Shown here in pieces: positions 25,906 to 39,121 of a DNA stretch of 64,000 nucleotides. Position 1 is the first letter of the stretch. Each line of letters begins with the position of its first letter. The translations under genes were made by a program, and so were the position numbers. The notes beneath the pieces are model-generated. The model did no database searches, had not been told where the DNA came from, and was given only the letters and a program-made list of their open reading frames with translations. The DNA lies in the NCBI RefSeq assembly GCF_009914755.1, contig NC_060937.1; one strand, 5' to 3'. The DNA is from the human T2T-CHM13v2.0 reference genome, Homo sapiens.

Positions 25906-27727
25906 TGAGAAGGCCAAGATGGCTGACTAGATGCAGACAAGTGGACTAGCTTCCATGGAAAGACTGAGACAACCGGCATGCTTTCTAAAACATCTTCAGA
26001 GGGAAGGCACAGAGAACAGATTGAGAGAAGACACAGAAGCTAGGCTAAAGGGGGAGAAATCTGGAAACCCCACATGGGCTACCATGCACTGGGACTCATT
26101 TTTAAACCAAAACAGGGAAAACGGGTGAGTTGAACAGGCAAGGAGAAACACGCTCTCTCCAAGAGTCTCTGGAACCCCAGCAGGAGGAGACTCTATGACC
26201 AAAGAGACAGTTGAAGTGGCGGGAAGAGCTGCTAAGAGAAGTGGTGGGGTGGTGAGCCAGCTGATGCGGAGCCCAGAGGGTTTGGTACAAAGGCATCTGT
26301 AGAGGAGCACAGCCAGGTGTGGCCATCCCTCTATGCTCAACTTACTCCTGTAAGAGACATTAGCCCTAGGGGAACTATCAGATCTGATCGCTGCAGGATG
26401 GCCTTGCACTTCAAGGGGGGCTGGTCTGACCTGAGCACCTCTTGGTCTGCTGCCCTCTCTCAGGGCCCCAACCTGGCCATATCTGCCTACAAGGCAGTCT
26501 TGGGTATCCTAGGGGCCTACACCATAGCTTCTGCCCTGGAAGAGTATGTCTGACCGATGGAGAACTCCCGCAAGGTGACTACTACAACTGCACACCAGCC
26601 TGCACATTCCCTCCCCATACTGAAGCTTCCTCTAAGCCCACAGCAACTCCCCACATCACTTTGCTGGCATGTGTCTCCATGGCTGGGTTTTGTTTTACTT
26701 ACTTCATGAGCGTGTGGGAGTATAGTCCACCCTCCTTCACCCCCATCACCTTCCCCTACTGACTGCCATTGCAGATGGAGATTTGGCAGGCACAGAGCCA
26801 GAAATTCCCACCTCTGCCAGAACCCTGCCCTTGTACAAACACTGTGTGGAGAATAGCAGACCCTTCCATACCCTGAGAAATCACTCCTGCTTGCGGGGAG
26901 CAGGGAAGGCACCCAGACCTGTGCCACCCAGAATGCTGCCCCAAGCCAACATCACCTCCAATGCAGTGGTTCACACAGTCTCCAGCAGGGACCACTACTT
27001 CCCCCCTCCCCAACTGTTTTGCCTTCACCACTGTGGTGAACACCCACAGAAAGCAGACACCCCTGCATTCGTGGCACTCTGCTGCAGCTACCACATCTCA
27101 GCCCCACAGTGCAGGGGACTCCAAACCTCAAGGAGCCAGACAACAAAGTCAGGGCCCAATACAAGTCCCCCAGATTTAGATAATGAAGTCCAGGAGTTGG
27201 GAGCTGAGTATTGCCCTCTAAAATTTCCCAGAAATGAAGCCAGTCAACTGAATCCTCCTTACCATACAATAAAACCCTTGTGATCATCAAATAGGATATG
27301 AGGGAAAAAAAATCCAAAAATCAGCAACATCAAAGATTGAAGGTAGATAAGCCCACAAAGTTGAGAAAGAATCTGTGCAAGAAAACTGAAAACTCGAAAA
27401 GCTAGAGTGCCTTCTTCCCTCAAGTAATTGCATCACCTCTCCAGCAAGGGTTTGGAACCGGACTAAGGCCGAGATGGTTAAAATGACAGAAATAGAATGC
27501 AGAATATGAATAGAAACAAAGTTCATTAAATTACAGGAGTATAATGAAACCCAATGCAATGAAGCTAAAAATCATGATAAAACAATGCACGAGCTGACAG
27601 ACAAAATAGCCAGTACAGCAAAAATCATAACCAGGCTGATTGATCTGGAAATTGCACTACAAGAATTTCATAATGAAATCACAAGTATTAATAGAATAGA
27701 CCAAGCAGAGAAAAGAATCTCACAGTT
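25906..27727 (+). mobile_element. L1 5'UTR + ORF1 start (L1PA13-16/L1P4-like), 3'-truncated
   Basis: Starts ggccaagatggctgactagatgcag; GC-rich 5'UTR; ORF1 N-terminal motifs (gaaggtagataagcccacaaag..gagaaagaatc, aatagaccaagcagagaaaagaatctca), then stops abruptly. Confidence 0.85.
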
Positions 27728-27769
27728 ATTATTCACAGCACAATTATGAAATAATTGGACTAATGTCTA

Positions 27770-27980
27770 ATAATAATGATAGTTACATTAATTGCCTATT
27801 CTACCATGTTTTTTGCATTGGTACGTCAGATATTATTCAGCCTTTATGATTCTATGAGATATGAACTATTTTCTAATTATTTTATAGGTCAGTAAACAGG
27901 TTTGGTGTGGTTAATTTGGAGAGATATAATTCAAACGCAAGGAGTCTGGTACCAGTGTGCTCTTAAACAGTACGTTATAA
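27770..27980 (-). mobile_element. MIR SINE
   Basis: ataatgatagttacattaattg...ctatgagat...attttataggtcagtaaacagg...attcaaacgcaaggagtctg. Confidence 0.6.
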
Positions 27981-28203
27981 TGAGACTTTTTAAAGTGAGA
28001 AAGCATTGAATATTCATATCAAATAATATGGATTATATCCTATCAATAATAATAATAGAGGGAGATCCTGCAAAGGACATTAGTATGACCTGAGATTTAA
28101 AAATATATTTTAAATAAAACAGGATACTAAAGAGCACTAGATTATTCATTGATATTTTATATAGTATGTCATATATAGTAATGCATAAATGTGTGTATAA
28201 ATA

Positions 28204-28231
28204 TGTGTGTGTGTGTGTGTGTACACACACA
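28204..28231. repeat. (TG)n/(CA)n self-complementary microsatellite
   Basis: tgtgtgtgtgtgtgtgtgtacacacaca read directly. Confidence 0.9.
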
Positions 28232-31200
28232 GAGCAGGAGGGAGTAAAAATTTAAAAGAACCTGAGCATCTACATAAAAATATTTGAGATACCGAAGGAG
28301 ACTAAACTAGCATATAGAGTTAAAATAGCTAACATTTACCGACTGCTTAATATATTCCAAATGTTTCTGCTTTTCTGAGAAATTAGCAGTAACATGTTGT
28401 TACATATCTGAAAGTTAAGTTTGTGAACTCACTTAAGATGCCCTTCCAATTGCCTGTAATTTTTTTTTCTTTTTTTGCCCAATTTCTGGAGTATTTCTCA
28501 TAACTTTCATCTGATTCTACTTGGTCTTCCCACCTCATAGTATTACTGTTACCTCCACCCCCTTCCTCCAGGTGACAATTCAGGTAGTGGCGATTAACTG
28601 TTCTGTTTTGAGTGGGTATACCTTACACTTTTTAGTTACCTAAGAAAATCTGTTTCACTTAGATCCACTTTATCCACCAGAGGACTACACTAGGATTTGC
28701 AAAAATAGCCATTTAGTAATTAAGTATGATCATTTCTATGAATGATGATTTCATAGCTCATTAAGATACTCACTGAGATTAGACAAAGTTACTTGGACAG
28801 TTAGGGGATTAGAATGACAATATCTTACCAAATAGCCACATATATGTTAAAGTACTTTACAATTCTCTTTCAATAAAGAAAATTAACCTAATATTTCTAC
28901 TATATCAATAAAGTATTCAGATATATTTTTAGCCTATCAATGCATTTTTTAAAGTTTCTCATCATATATTATGGCAAAATTGAGAGATTTATATGAATTA
29001 TACTGCAGTTACTTTGCTTTACAATTATTTGAAAAATTATGTCCCAGGAATGTTGAGTAGCAGATTGTTTGAAACTGGAAGTAGGAGGTTTTGAAAGCTG
29101 TCATAAGTATGGTATGTTTGGTATGCTACAAAGTCCCATCTTTGGCTTCCACATTATTATTAACGTCTTTGATAAGGTTATTTTGGTTGCTGATGACACA
29201 GATCAGCCAGAGCAGGGGGAAAAAAAAAAATCACACTTAATGAGTGTAGCTTTTCATATAAGCTGAATTAAGAGGAAAAGACACAAAATAAAACAAAGGG
29301 GCATATACTTACACACGTGCATACACACACGTGCGTGGATTTACTCACATGCTACACAAATTGCATTTCCAATTCGTTATCCGAGGATAGACAATCACAA
29401 CAGAAATAACTTTTCAACTGTGGCAAAACAGATGTAGCCATATAATCCTTAATAAGGGAACGTAGTTGCCTGTAGCGCAATGCCTAAACAAGGTAGAGTA
29501 TACTGGGGCCCTAAAAAGGCAACTTGTGCTGTAATTCTAACTTTTTATGCATAGAACTTTGACATTTGTCTTAACTTATCAGTCAATATGCTTTTTTTTC
29601 ATAAATTTATAGAAGTCTTGAGCTAAATTCTGCATCAGCAAAGCCACATATTGTTCTAGAATGAGAAATCACAGTTAGTGCCTAAATGACTGAAAAAAAC
29701 TCTGCATTTTGCTTTCTCAATAAATGACTTTCTTTCTACAGTAGCACAACTATATTTCAAAGTTCTGATGAAACAAACAACCTGAAATTTAGCCATAATA
29801 AATGCAATGTCTGTGTTTTGACTTAAAACATAATAAAAATATAGAATGAGTGAAGAGGCAGGGGTAATATCTAGCAAGAAAAAAATTAACTCAGATATAT
29901 ATGATTTTATTTTAATGTTTCCTAGTTCACTGTGCCTCTAAAATAGTAAACACCCTCAAGATTTAAGCCTAAATAAATAAATTTAGGGTCCAGCTAAGGA
30001 AGCTTATCTGTGAAACCCTTGTAATCCCAGCACTGCACTTTAGAGTTATTACAAACTAGAGTAATGCAAAAAAGCAAATAACATATTACAAGATAAATTG
30101 AGTAATATAGTTTGAACAAGTAAATATTTCTAACCATCTTCAAATACTTCATTGGCATCCAGGTAGAAGAAAGCAGATTGATTTCATGTGTGAAGGACCA
30201 GGACAAATCTTAGGGAAGTTGATATTTAATCAGTCCAAGTAAGGAAATTGATTAGAATTAAAACAATCCATTAATAGGTATAGACTGTGTCACAGTCACA
30301 GGGGAAACACAAAGTGGCTTATTCAAATAAAGTTTAGATAAATATCTATGAAAGATTTTGTAGAAGGGATTCAAATGACACAGTTAATTCAGAAAATCAT
30401 GCTGAAATCTGACCATGAGAACAGTTTATCAAAGGAAGTTCTGAACTCTGAAAAATCTCTAATGTTTTTGTCCAATAGAACAAGTACCCAAGAAATAGAC
30501 CCACATTAGCCACATGATTAGTATGCTTCACCATCACCTAGCGCATTGATGTCTTGGCCTAATTTGTAAATGTGTACAATATAAACCTTGCATTTAGATA
30601 GATACAAGGTCATCTACATTTGTGATTCTGTACCCTAGCTGTCCATTAGAGTCGCCTGAGTTTTTTTTTTTTTTTAACTCATCAATTCTTAGTCTTCTCT
30701 ACACCCAGATATTTTTATATAAATGTTTGGAGTAGGTTTTTCCTTTCCTGCATTCAGAGCTGAGAGCCACAGAAGTCATCTAACTTTATTACAATGGGAG
30801 TGAATAGCAATCTCATGATGTCAATTATATACAGCTTCAGTATTTCTCAGGAAAGAAAATAACTTTCTCATTTATTCATAAATCAAATAAACAATGAGTC
30901 CTTTTGCTAAGTCGAAGAATAAAAGAAAAACAAGATCCCCAGGCAATATGGCCCAACAGCAACAGCTCCGTTCTGCAGCTCCCAGCGAGACCAACACAGA
31001 AGGTGGGTGTTTCCTGCATTCCTAACTGAGGTAACCAGTTCATCTCATTGGGACTGGTTAGACAGTGAGTGCAGCCCACGGAGGGCAAGCTGAAGCAGGA
31101 TAGGGCGTTGCCTTACCTGGGAAGTGCAAGGGGTCAGGGAACTCCCTCCCCTAGCCGAGGGAAGCCGTGAGAAACTGTGCTGTGAGGAACAGTGCACTCC

Positions 31201-32340
31201 GGCCCAGATACTATGCTTTTCCCACAGTCTTCACAAACCGCAGACCAGAGGATTCCCTTGGGTGCCAATGCCACCAGGGCCCTGGGTTTCAACCACAAAA
31301 CTGGGCAGCTGTTTAGGCAGACACCAAGCTAGCTGCAGGAGGTTTTTTTTGTACCCCAGTGGCACCTGCAATGCCAATGAGACAGAACCATTCACTCCCC
31401 CGGAAACGGGACTGAAGCCAGAGAGCCAAGTGGTCTTGCTCAGTGGATCCGACTCCCATGGAGCCCAGCAAGCTAAGATCCACTGGCTTGAAATTCTCGC
31501 TGCTAGCACAGCACTCTGAAGTTGACCTGGGAGTCTTGAACTTGGTGGGGGGAGGGCATCCTCAATTACTGAGGCTTGAGTAGGCAGTTTTTCCCTCACA
31601 GTGTTAACAAAGCCACTGGCAAGTTTGGACTGGGTGGGGCCCATCGCAGTGCCCCAAAACTGCTATACCCAGACTACATCTCTAGATTCCTCCTCTCTGG
31701 GTGGGGCATCTCTGAAAGAAAGGCAGCAGCCCCAGTTAGGGGCATATAAATAAAATCCCATATCCCTAGGACAGAGCACCTGGGGGAACAGGCAGCTGCG
31801 GGCACAACTTCAGCAGACTTCAACATTCCTGCCGGCTCTGAAGAGAGCAGCAGATCTTCCAGCACAGTGCTCAAGCTCTGCTAAGGGACAGACTGCCTCC
31901 TCAGGTGGGTCCCTGACCCCTTTGCCTCCTGACTGGGAGACATCTCCCAGCAGGGGTCAACAGACACCTCAAACAAGAGAGCTCCAGCTGGCATCTGGCA
32001 GGCGCCCCTCTGGGACAAAGCTTCCAGAGGAAGAAGCAGGCAGCAAACTTTGCTATTCTTCAGTTTCTGCTGGTGATACCCAGGCAAACAAGGTCTGGAG
32101 TGGACCTCCAGCAAACTCCAGCAGACCTGCAGAAGAGGGGCCTGACTGTTAGAAGGAAAACTAAAAAACAGAAAGCAGTAGCATCAACCTCAACAAAAAC
32201 GATGACCACGCAAAAACCCCATTGGAAGGTCACCAACATCAAAGACCAAAGGTAGATAAATCCAGAATGCCTCTTCTCCTCCAAAGGCTCACAACTAGCC
32301 AGCAAGGGAACAAAACTGGACAGAGAATGAGTTTGATGAA

Positions 32341-33245
32341 TTGACAGAAGTAGGCTTCAGAAGGTGGGTAATAACAAACTCCTCTGAGCTAAAGAAGCAT
32401 GTTCTAACCCAAAGCAAGGAAGCTAAGAACCTTGATAAAAGGTTACAGGAACTGCTAACTGGAATAACCAGTTTAGAGAAAAACATCAATGACTTGATGG
32501 AGCTGAAAAACACAGCACGAGAACTTCATGAAACTTGCACAAGTATCAATAGTCGAATCAATCAAGCAGAAGAAATGACATCAGAGATTGGAGATCAACT
32601 TAATAAAATAAACTGTGAAGACAAGATTAGAGAAAAAAGAATGAAAAGGAGCAAACAAAGCCTCCAAGAAATATGGGACTATGTGAAAAGACCAAACCTA
32701 CGTTTCATTGATGGACCTGAAAGTGATGGGGAGAATGGAACCAAGTGGGAAAACACACTTCAGGATATTATCCAGGAAAACTTCCCCAATCTAGCAAGAC
32801 AGGCCAACATTCAAATTCAGGAAATACAGAGAACATCACAAAGATACTCCTCAAGAAGAGCAACCCCAAGACACATAATCATCAGATTCACCAAGGTTGA
32901 AGTGAATGAAAAAATGTTAAGCGCAGCCAGAGAGAAAGGTCGAGTTACTCACAAAGCAAAGTCCATCAGACTACTAGTGGATCTCTCTGCAGAAACCCTA
33001 AAAGCCAGAAGAGAGTAAGGGCCAGTATTCAACATTCTTACAGAAAAGAAGTTTCAACCCAGAATTTCATACACAGCCAAACTAAGTTTCATAAGTGAAG
33101 GAGAAATAAAATCCTTTACAGACAAGCTAATGCTGAGGGATTTTTGTTACCACCAGGCCTGCTTTAAATGAGTTTCTGAAGGAAGCATTAAATATGGAAA
33201 GGAAAAACTGGTACCAGCCACTACAAAAATGTACCAAAATGTAAA
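32341..33245 (+). pseudogene. L1 ORF1p remnant (225-aa open stretch 32341-33018)
   Basis: ORF track: ...SLQEIWDYVKRPNLR...IIQENFPNLARQANIQIQEIQRT..RYSSRRATPRHIIIRFTKVE; start codon deleted, premature stop at 33018. Confidence 0.93.
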
Positions 33246-33308
33246 GACCATCAGTGCGATGAAGAAAACTGCATCAACTAATGGGCAAAATAACCAGCTA
33301 GCATCATA

Positions 33309-36300
33309 ATGACAGGATCAAATTCACACACAACAATATTAACATTAAATGTAAATGGGCTAAATGCCTCAATTAAAAGATACAGACTGACAAATTGAAT
33401 AAAGTGTCAAGACCCATCGGTGTGCTGTATTCAGGAGACCCATCTCACATGCAAAGACACATAGGCTCAAAATAAAGGGACGGAGGAATATTTACTAGAC
33501 AAAAGGAAAGCAAAAAAAAAGCAGAGATTGCAATCCTAGTCTCTGATAAAACATATTTTAAGCCAACAAAGATCAAAAAAGACAAAGAAGGGCATTACAT
33601 AATAGTAAAGGGATCAATGCAACAAGAAGAGCTAACTATTCTAAATATCTATGCATCCAATACAGGAGCACCCAGATTCATAAAGCAAATTCTTAGAGAC
33701 CTACAAAGAGACTTAGACTCCCACACAATAATAGTGGGAGACTTTAATACCCCATTGTCAATATTAGACAGATCAATGAGACGGAAAATTAACAAGGATA
33801 TTCAGGACTTGAACTCAGCTCTGGACCAAGTGAACCTAATAGATATCTACAGAGCTCTCCACCCCAAATCAATAGAATATACATTCTTCTCAGCACCACA
33901 TAGCACTTATTCTAAAATTGACCACATAATTGGAAGTAAAATACTCCTTAGCAAATGTAAAGGAATGGAAATCATAACAAACAGTCTCTCAGACTACAGT
34001 GCAATCAAATTAGAACTCAGGCTTAAGAAACTCACTCAAAACTGCACAAAAACCTGCTCCTGAGTGACTACTGGGTAAATAAAGAAATCAAGGCAGAAAT
34101 AAATAAGTTCATTGAAACCAATGAGGAGAAAGAGAACAGTGTACCAGAATCTCTGGGACACATTTAAAGCAGTGTGTAGAGGAAAATTTATAGCAATAAA
34201 TGCCCACAGGAGAAATAGACACAATAAGAAATCATAAAGGGGATATTACCACTGATCCCACAGAAATACAAACTACCATCAGAGACTAACATAAATACTG
34301 GTACATGAATAAACTAGAAAATCTAGAAGAAATGGATAAATTCCTGGACATATACACCCCCACCAAGACTAAACCAGGATGAAGTTTAATCCCTGAATAA
34401 ACCAGTAATGAGTTCTGAAATTGAGGCAGTAATTAATAGCTTGCCAACCAAAAGAAACCCAGAACCAGAAGGATTTACAGCCGAATTCTACCAGAGGTAC
34501 AAAGAGGAGCTGGTATCATTCCTTCTGAAACTATTCCAAACAATAAAAAAAGAGGGACTCCTCCCTAACTCATTTTATGAGGGCAGCATTATCCTGATAA
34601 CAAAACCTGGCAGAGACACAACAAAAAAAGAAAATTTCAGGCCAATATTCCTGATGAACATCAATGCAAAAATCCTCAATAAAATACTGGCAAACTGAAT
34701 CCAGCAGCACATTAAAAAGCTTATCTACCACAATCAAGTCGACTTCAACCCTGGGATGCAAGGCTGGTTCAACATACACAAATCAATAAATGTAATCCAT
34801 CACATAAACAGAACCAATGACAAAAAACACATGATTATCTCAATACATGCAGAAAAGGCCTTTGACAAAATTCAACATCCCTTTATGCTAAAAACACTCA
34901 ATAAACTAGGTATTGACAGAACATATCTCAAAATAATAAGAGCTATTTATGAATACCCACAGCAAATATCATACTGAATAGGCAAAAGCTGCAAGCACTC
35001 CCTTTGAAAACCAGCACAAGACAAGGACACCCTTTCTTACCACTCCTATACAACATAGTACTGGAAGTTCTCGCCAGGGCAATCAGGCAAGAGAAAGAAA
35101 TAAAGAGTATTCAAATAGGAAGAGAAGAAGTCAAATTATCTCTGTTTGCAGATGACATGATTTTATATTTAGAAAACCCCATCATCTCAGCCCAAAAACT
35201 CCTTAAGCTGATAAGCATCTTTAGCAAAGTCTCAGGATACAAAAATCAATGTGCAAAAATCACACTCTTATACACCAAAAATAGAGAGCCAAATCATGAG
35301 TGAACTCCCATTCACAATTTGCTACAAAGAGAATAAAATACCTAGAAATACAACTTACAAGGGATGTGAAGGACCTCTTCAAGGAGAACTACAAACCACT
35401 GGTCAAGGAAATAAGAGAGGACATAAACAAATGGCACGCTCATTGGTAGGAAGAATCAATATCGTGAAAATGGCCATACTGCCCAAAGTAATTTATAAAT
35501 TCAAGGCTACTCCCATCATCAAGCTACCATTGCCTTTCTTCACAGAATTGGAAAAAACTACGTCAAATTTCATATGGAACGAAAAGAAAAGCCCATATAG
35601 CCAAGACAATCCTAAGCAAAAAGAACAAAGCTAGAGGCATCACACTCCCTGACTTCAAACTACACTACAAGGCTACCACAACCAAAACAGCATAGTACTG
35701 GTACCCAAACAGATATGTAGACCGATGGAATAGAACAGAGGCCTCAGAAATAACACCACACATCTACAGCCATCTGAACTGTGAAAAACCTGGCAAAAAC
35801 AAGCAATGGGAAAAGGATTCCCTATTTAATAAATGGTGTTGGGAAAACTGACTAGTCATATGCAGAAAACTGAAACTGGACTACTTCCTTACAGCTTTTA
35901 CAAAAATTAACTCAAGATGGATTAAAGATTTAAATGTAACACCTAAAAGCATAAAAACCCTAGAAGAAAACCTAGGCAATACCATTCAGGACACAGGCAC
36001 GGGCAAAGATTTCATGACTAAAACACCAAAAGCAATTGCAATAAAAGCCAAAATTGACAAATGGGATCTAATTAACCTAAAGAGCCTCTGCACAGCAAAA
36101 GAAACTATCATCAGAGTGAACAGGTAACCTACAGAATGGGAGAAAATTTTTGCAATCTATCTATCTGACAAGGGGCTAATATTCAGAATCTACAAGGAAC
36201 TTAAACAAATATACAAGAAAAAAAAACTCCATCAAAAAGTGGGTGAAGGATATGAACAGATACTTTTTAAAAGAAGACATTTATGCGGCCAACAAACATA

Positions 36301-36770
36301 TGAGAAAATGCTCATCATCACTGGTCATTAGAGAAATGCAAATCAAAACCACAATGAGATACCATTTCACACCAGTTAGAATGGCAATCATTAAAAAGTC
36401 AGGAAACAACAGATGCTGGAGAGAATGTGGAGAAATAGGAATGCTTTAACAGTGTTGGTGGGAGTGTAAATTAGTTCAACCATTGTGGAAGACAGTATGG
36501 CAATTCCTCAATGATCTAGAACTAGAAATACCATTTGACCCAGCCATCCCATTACTGGGTATATACCCAAAGGATTATAAATCATTCTACTAAAAAGACA
36601 CATGCCCATGTATGTTTATTGCAGCACTGTTCACAATAGTAAAGACTTGGAATCAACGCAAATGCCCATCAACGATAGGCTGAATAAAGAAAATATGGCA
36701 CATATACACCATGGAATACTATGCAGCCATAAAAAAGAATTAGTTCATATTCTTTGCAGGGACATGAATG
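33309..36770 (+). pseudogene. L1 ORF2p remnant (endonuclease + reverse transcriptase), fragmented
   Basis: atgacaggatcaaattcacac start; EN motifs IIVGDFNTPL, YSKIDH; RT motifs [27 protein letters not shown] in separate frames. Confidence 0.95.
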
Positions 36771-37873
36771 AAGCTGGAAACCATCATTCTCAGCAAACTA
36801 ACACAGGAACAGAAAACCAAATACTGCATGTTCTCACTCATAAGTGGGAGTTGAACAATGAGAACATATGGGGACAGGGAGGGGAATATCACACACAGGG
36901 GCCTATTGGGTGGTGGAGACCAAGGGGAGGGATAGCATCAGGAGAAATACCTAAATGTAGATGACAGGTTGATGGGTGCAGCAAACCACCATGGCACATG
37001 TATACCTATGTAACTAACTTGCATGCTCTGCACGTGTATCCCAGAATTTAAAGTATAATAATAAAAAGAAGAAGAAAAGCTAAAGCTGCCCTCAGCACAG
37101 TCTACTGGATGAGACAAAGTCATAAACAATTAACTGCCAGATAGTATGAGTGTAAATATAAGACACAAATATGGAAAGATGAAGGAACAAGCTACAATCT
37201 TCAAGGGAGCATCTTAAAGTGGTAGCATAGACTAGAAGATTGGTAAAGTCTTAGAATAGATTGGAGAACTTGATCAGCTTGGGAAGAACCCAATATACTC
37301 TAAGGCATTTGAGTCTTATCATAGAACAAAATGCAGAGATCTTAAGACAGAAAGAGCACCTCACTCCTCCTGCCTTTTTCCACTCACTTCTTTTTTTTCA
37401 ACACATAAACAGAAAGGAGCAGTATTTTTTTATTCTTTGACATGAGCTAGGCAGTCCTTAAATACTTCTGAAATTCAAATTGGAAACTCCCTTCTTGGTT
37501 CACGTCTCTAGGAAGAATACAGTCCTCATCTCTTTTGCCTGAAAGAGCCTAGAACTAGTGCCCTTTCCAGTGCCTAGAACTAAAGATTATATGAAGGTAT
37601 TTAATGGGTTTTTGCAAACAGAAAATATGGACTTTGGACAATCATGGACTCAGAATAGATTTTTGAACTACTAGATATCACAAAGAATAAAGATTCAGTG
37701 AGGAATTGAATGATAGCTGAGTTATTTCAATAACTAAGACATCAATTAAAAGGAGTTGTCTGAGAGCGGTTTATGCATTTGTTTTAATAAAAGTTATTAC
37801 TATGAAATATTAATTATTTATTATTATAGCTAGTACTTAATTGGTGCTTCTTGCAGGGCATTCATTGTTATAA

Positions 37874-38195
<322 letters not shown>

Positions 38196-39121
38196 AATTT
38201 TTTAAAATAATAATTGCCTCACATTATTAAATCACGGGCAAAGAAAATTGTACACGGTAAATGAAATTCTGAAACAATTACATATTTATTCGATTATTTC
38301 AATCACTTCAATATCATGTTTTACTGAAATTACAGTAGGGAATACAGGAAGTACCAATTAAAATACTCATGCAAAAAAAGTATGCTAAGACTGGTTTAAA
38401 AATAACCCTAGATATAGGCCACATATTGTGTTCAAATGAGGTCATGGTCTCAATTCAAGCTTATATAAAACACATAAAACATATTTTTAATCTTTGGCAT
38501 CTCTTGTTTGTATGTGTGTGAGGATGTGCACGTGAATAGCAGTGATTTAATAAAATTATGCAGACATATGGCAAGAAGCTTGGCTTCGTGGCATGTTTAG
38601 CAGAATGACTTTAGTGATTTTTGAGTTATAAGTGAGCAAAAAAAGAATACTTTTTAACTTTGTAAAACATTTAGATTTTCATAACTCCATATAATCCAAA
38701 ATAACAGCAGTTATAAACTTTCTACTTGGCAACCTTAACATTCTTATTTCAAACTGAAAGAAGCTTATGTTGTGAAGTCTATGGAAATGTAATCATCTGC
38801 AGTCTATTTTCAACACAAGCAGAAGAGGAGTTTGGTTTAAGACCATATTTAACTAAATAATTAAACCCTTGCAGATACTCTGATGTGTATAGCAGTGTAG
38901 CTGAAATGAGACATTAGCTAGCGAATTCTAAATTAATATACTCATTAATTTACCCCTATGCTAGCTTAATGCTATCACTTCAGAAAACTTTCAGTTGAAT
39001 TATAATTTTTTTGCAATTTTTCATTTACTTTTGGTAAACATAATAAGATTATTTCTGATATGCTCCCTGATACTATGGCATTGAAAAAGATATCGTATAT
39101 TTTTAAAATCTTTACTCTAAA

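Larger units (their letters stand above)
30935..37078 (+). mobile_element. Near full-length L1 (L1PA7/L1PA8-like), inactive
   Basis: 5'UTR (aacagctccgttctgcagctcccagcgagaccaacacagaagg), ORF1, ORF2 EN/RT, 3'UTR (gggaggatagcatcaggagaaatacctaa...gggtgcagcaaaccaccatggcacatgtatacc) and A tail; many stops, frameshifts and deletions. Confidence 0.97.

Noticed and set aside
25737-27559. Dense cluster of overlapping ORFs (up to 166 aa) on both strands
   Set aside because: They lie in the GC-rich L1 5'UTR, where stops are rare; no recognisable protein or exon structure.
18782-27727. L1 3' piece (18.8-20.1 kb) and L1 5' piece (25.9-27.7 kb) as halves of one element
   Set aside because: They are in the wrong order for a single plus-strand element and share no TSD.
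30876-32513. Multiple 60-137 aa ORFs
   Set aside because: L1PA 5'UTR and antisense read-through.
33617-35634. Reverse transcriptase/endonuclease peptides as a novel retro-system
   Set aside because: Ordinary broken L1 ORF2p fragments.
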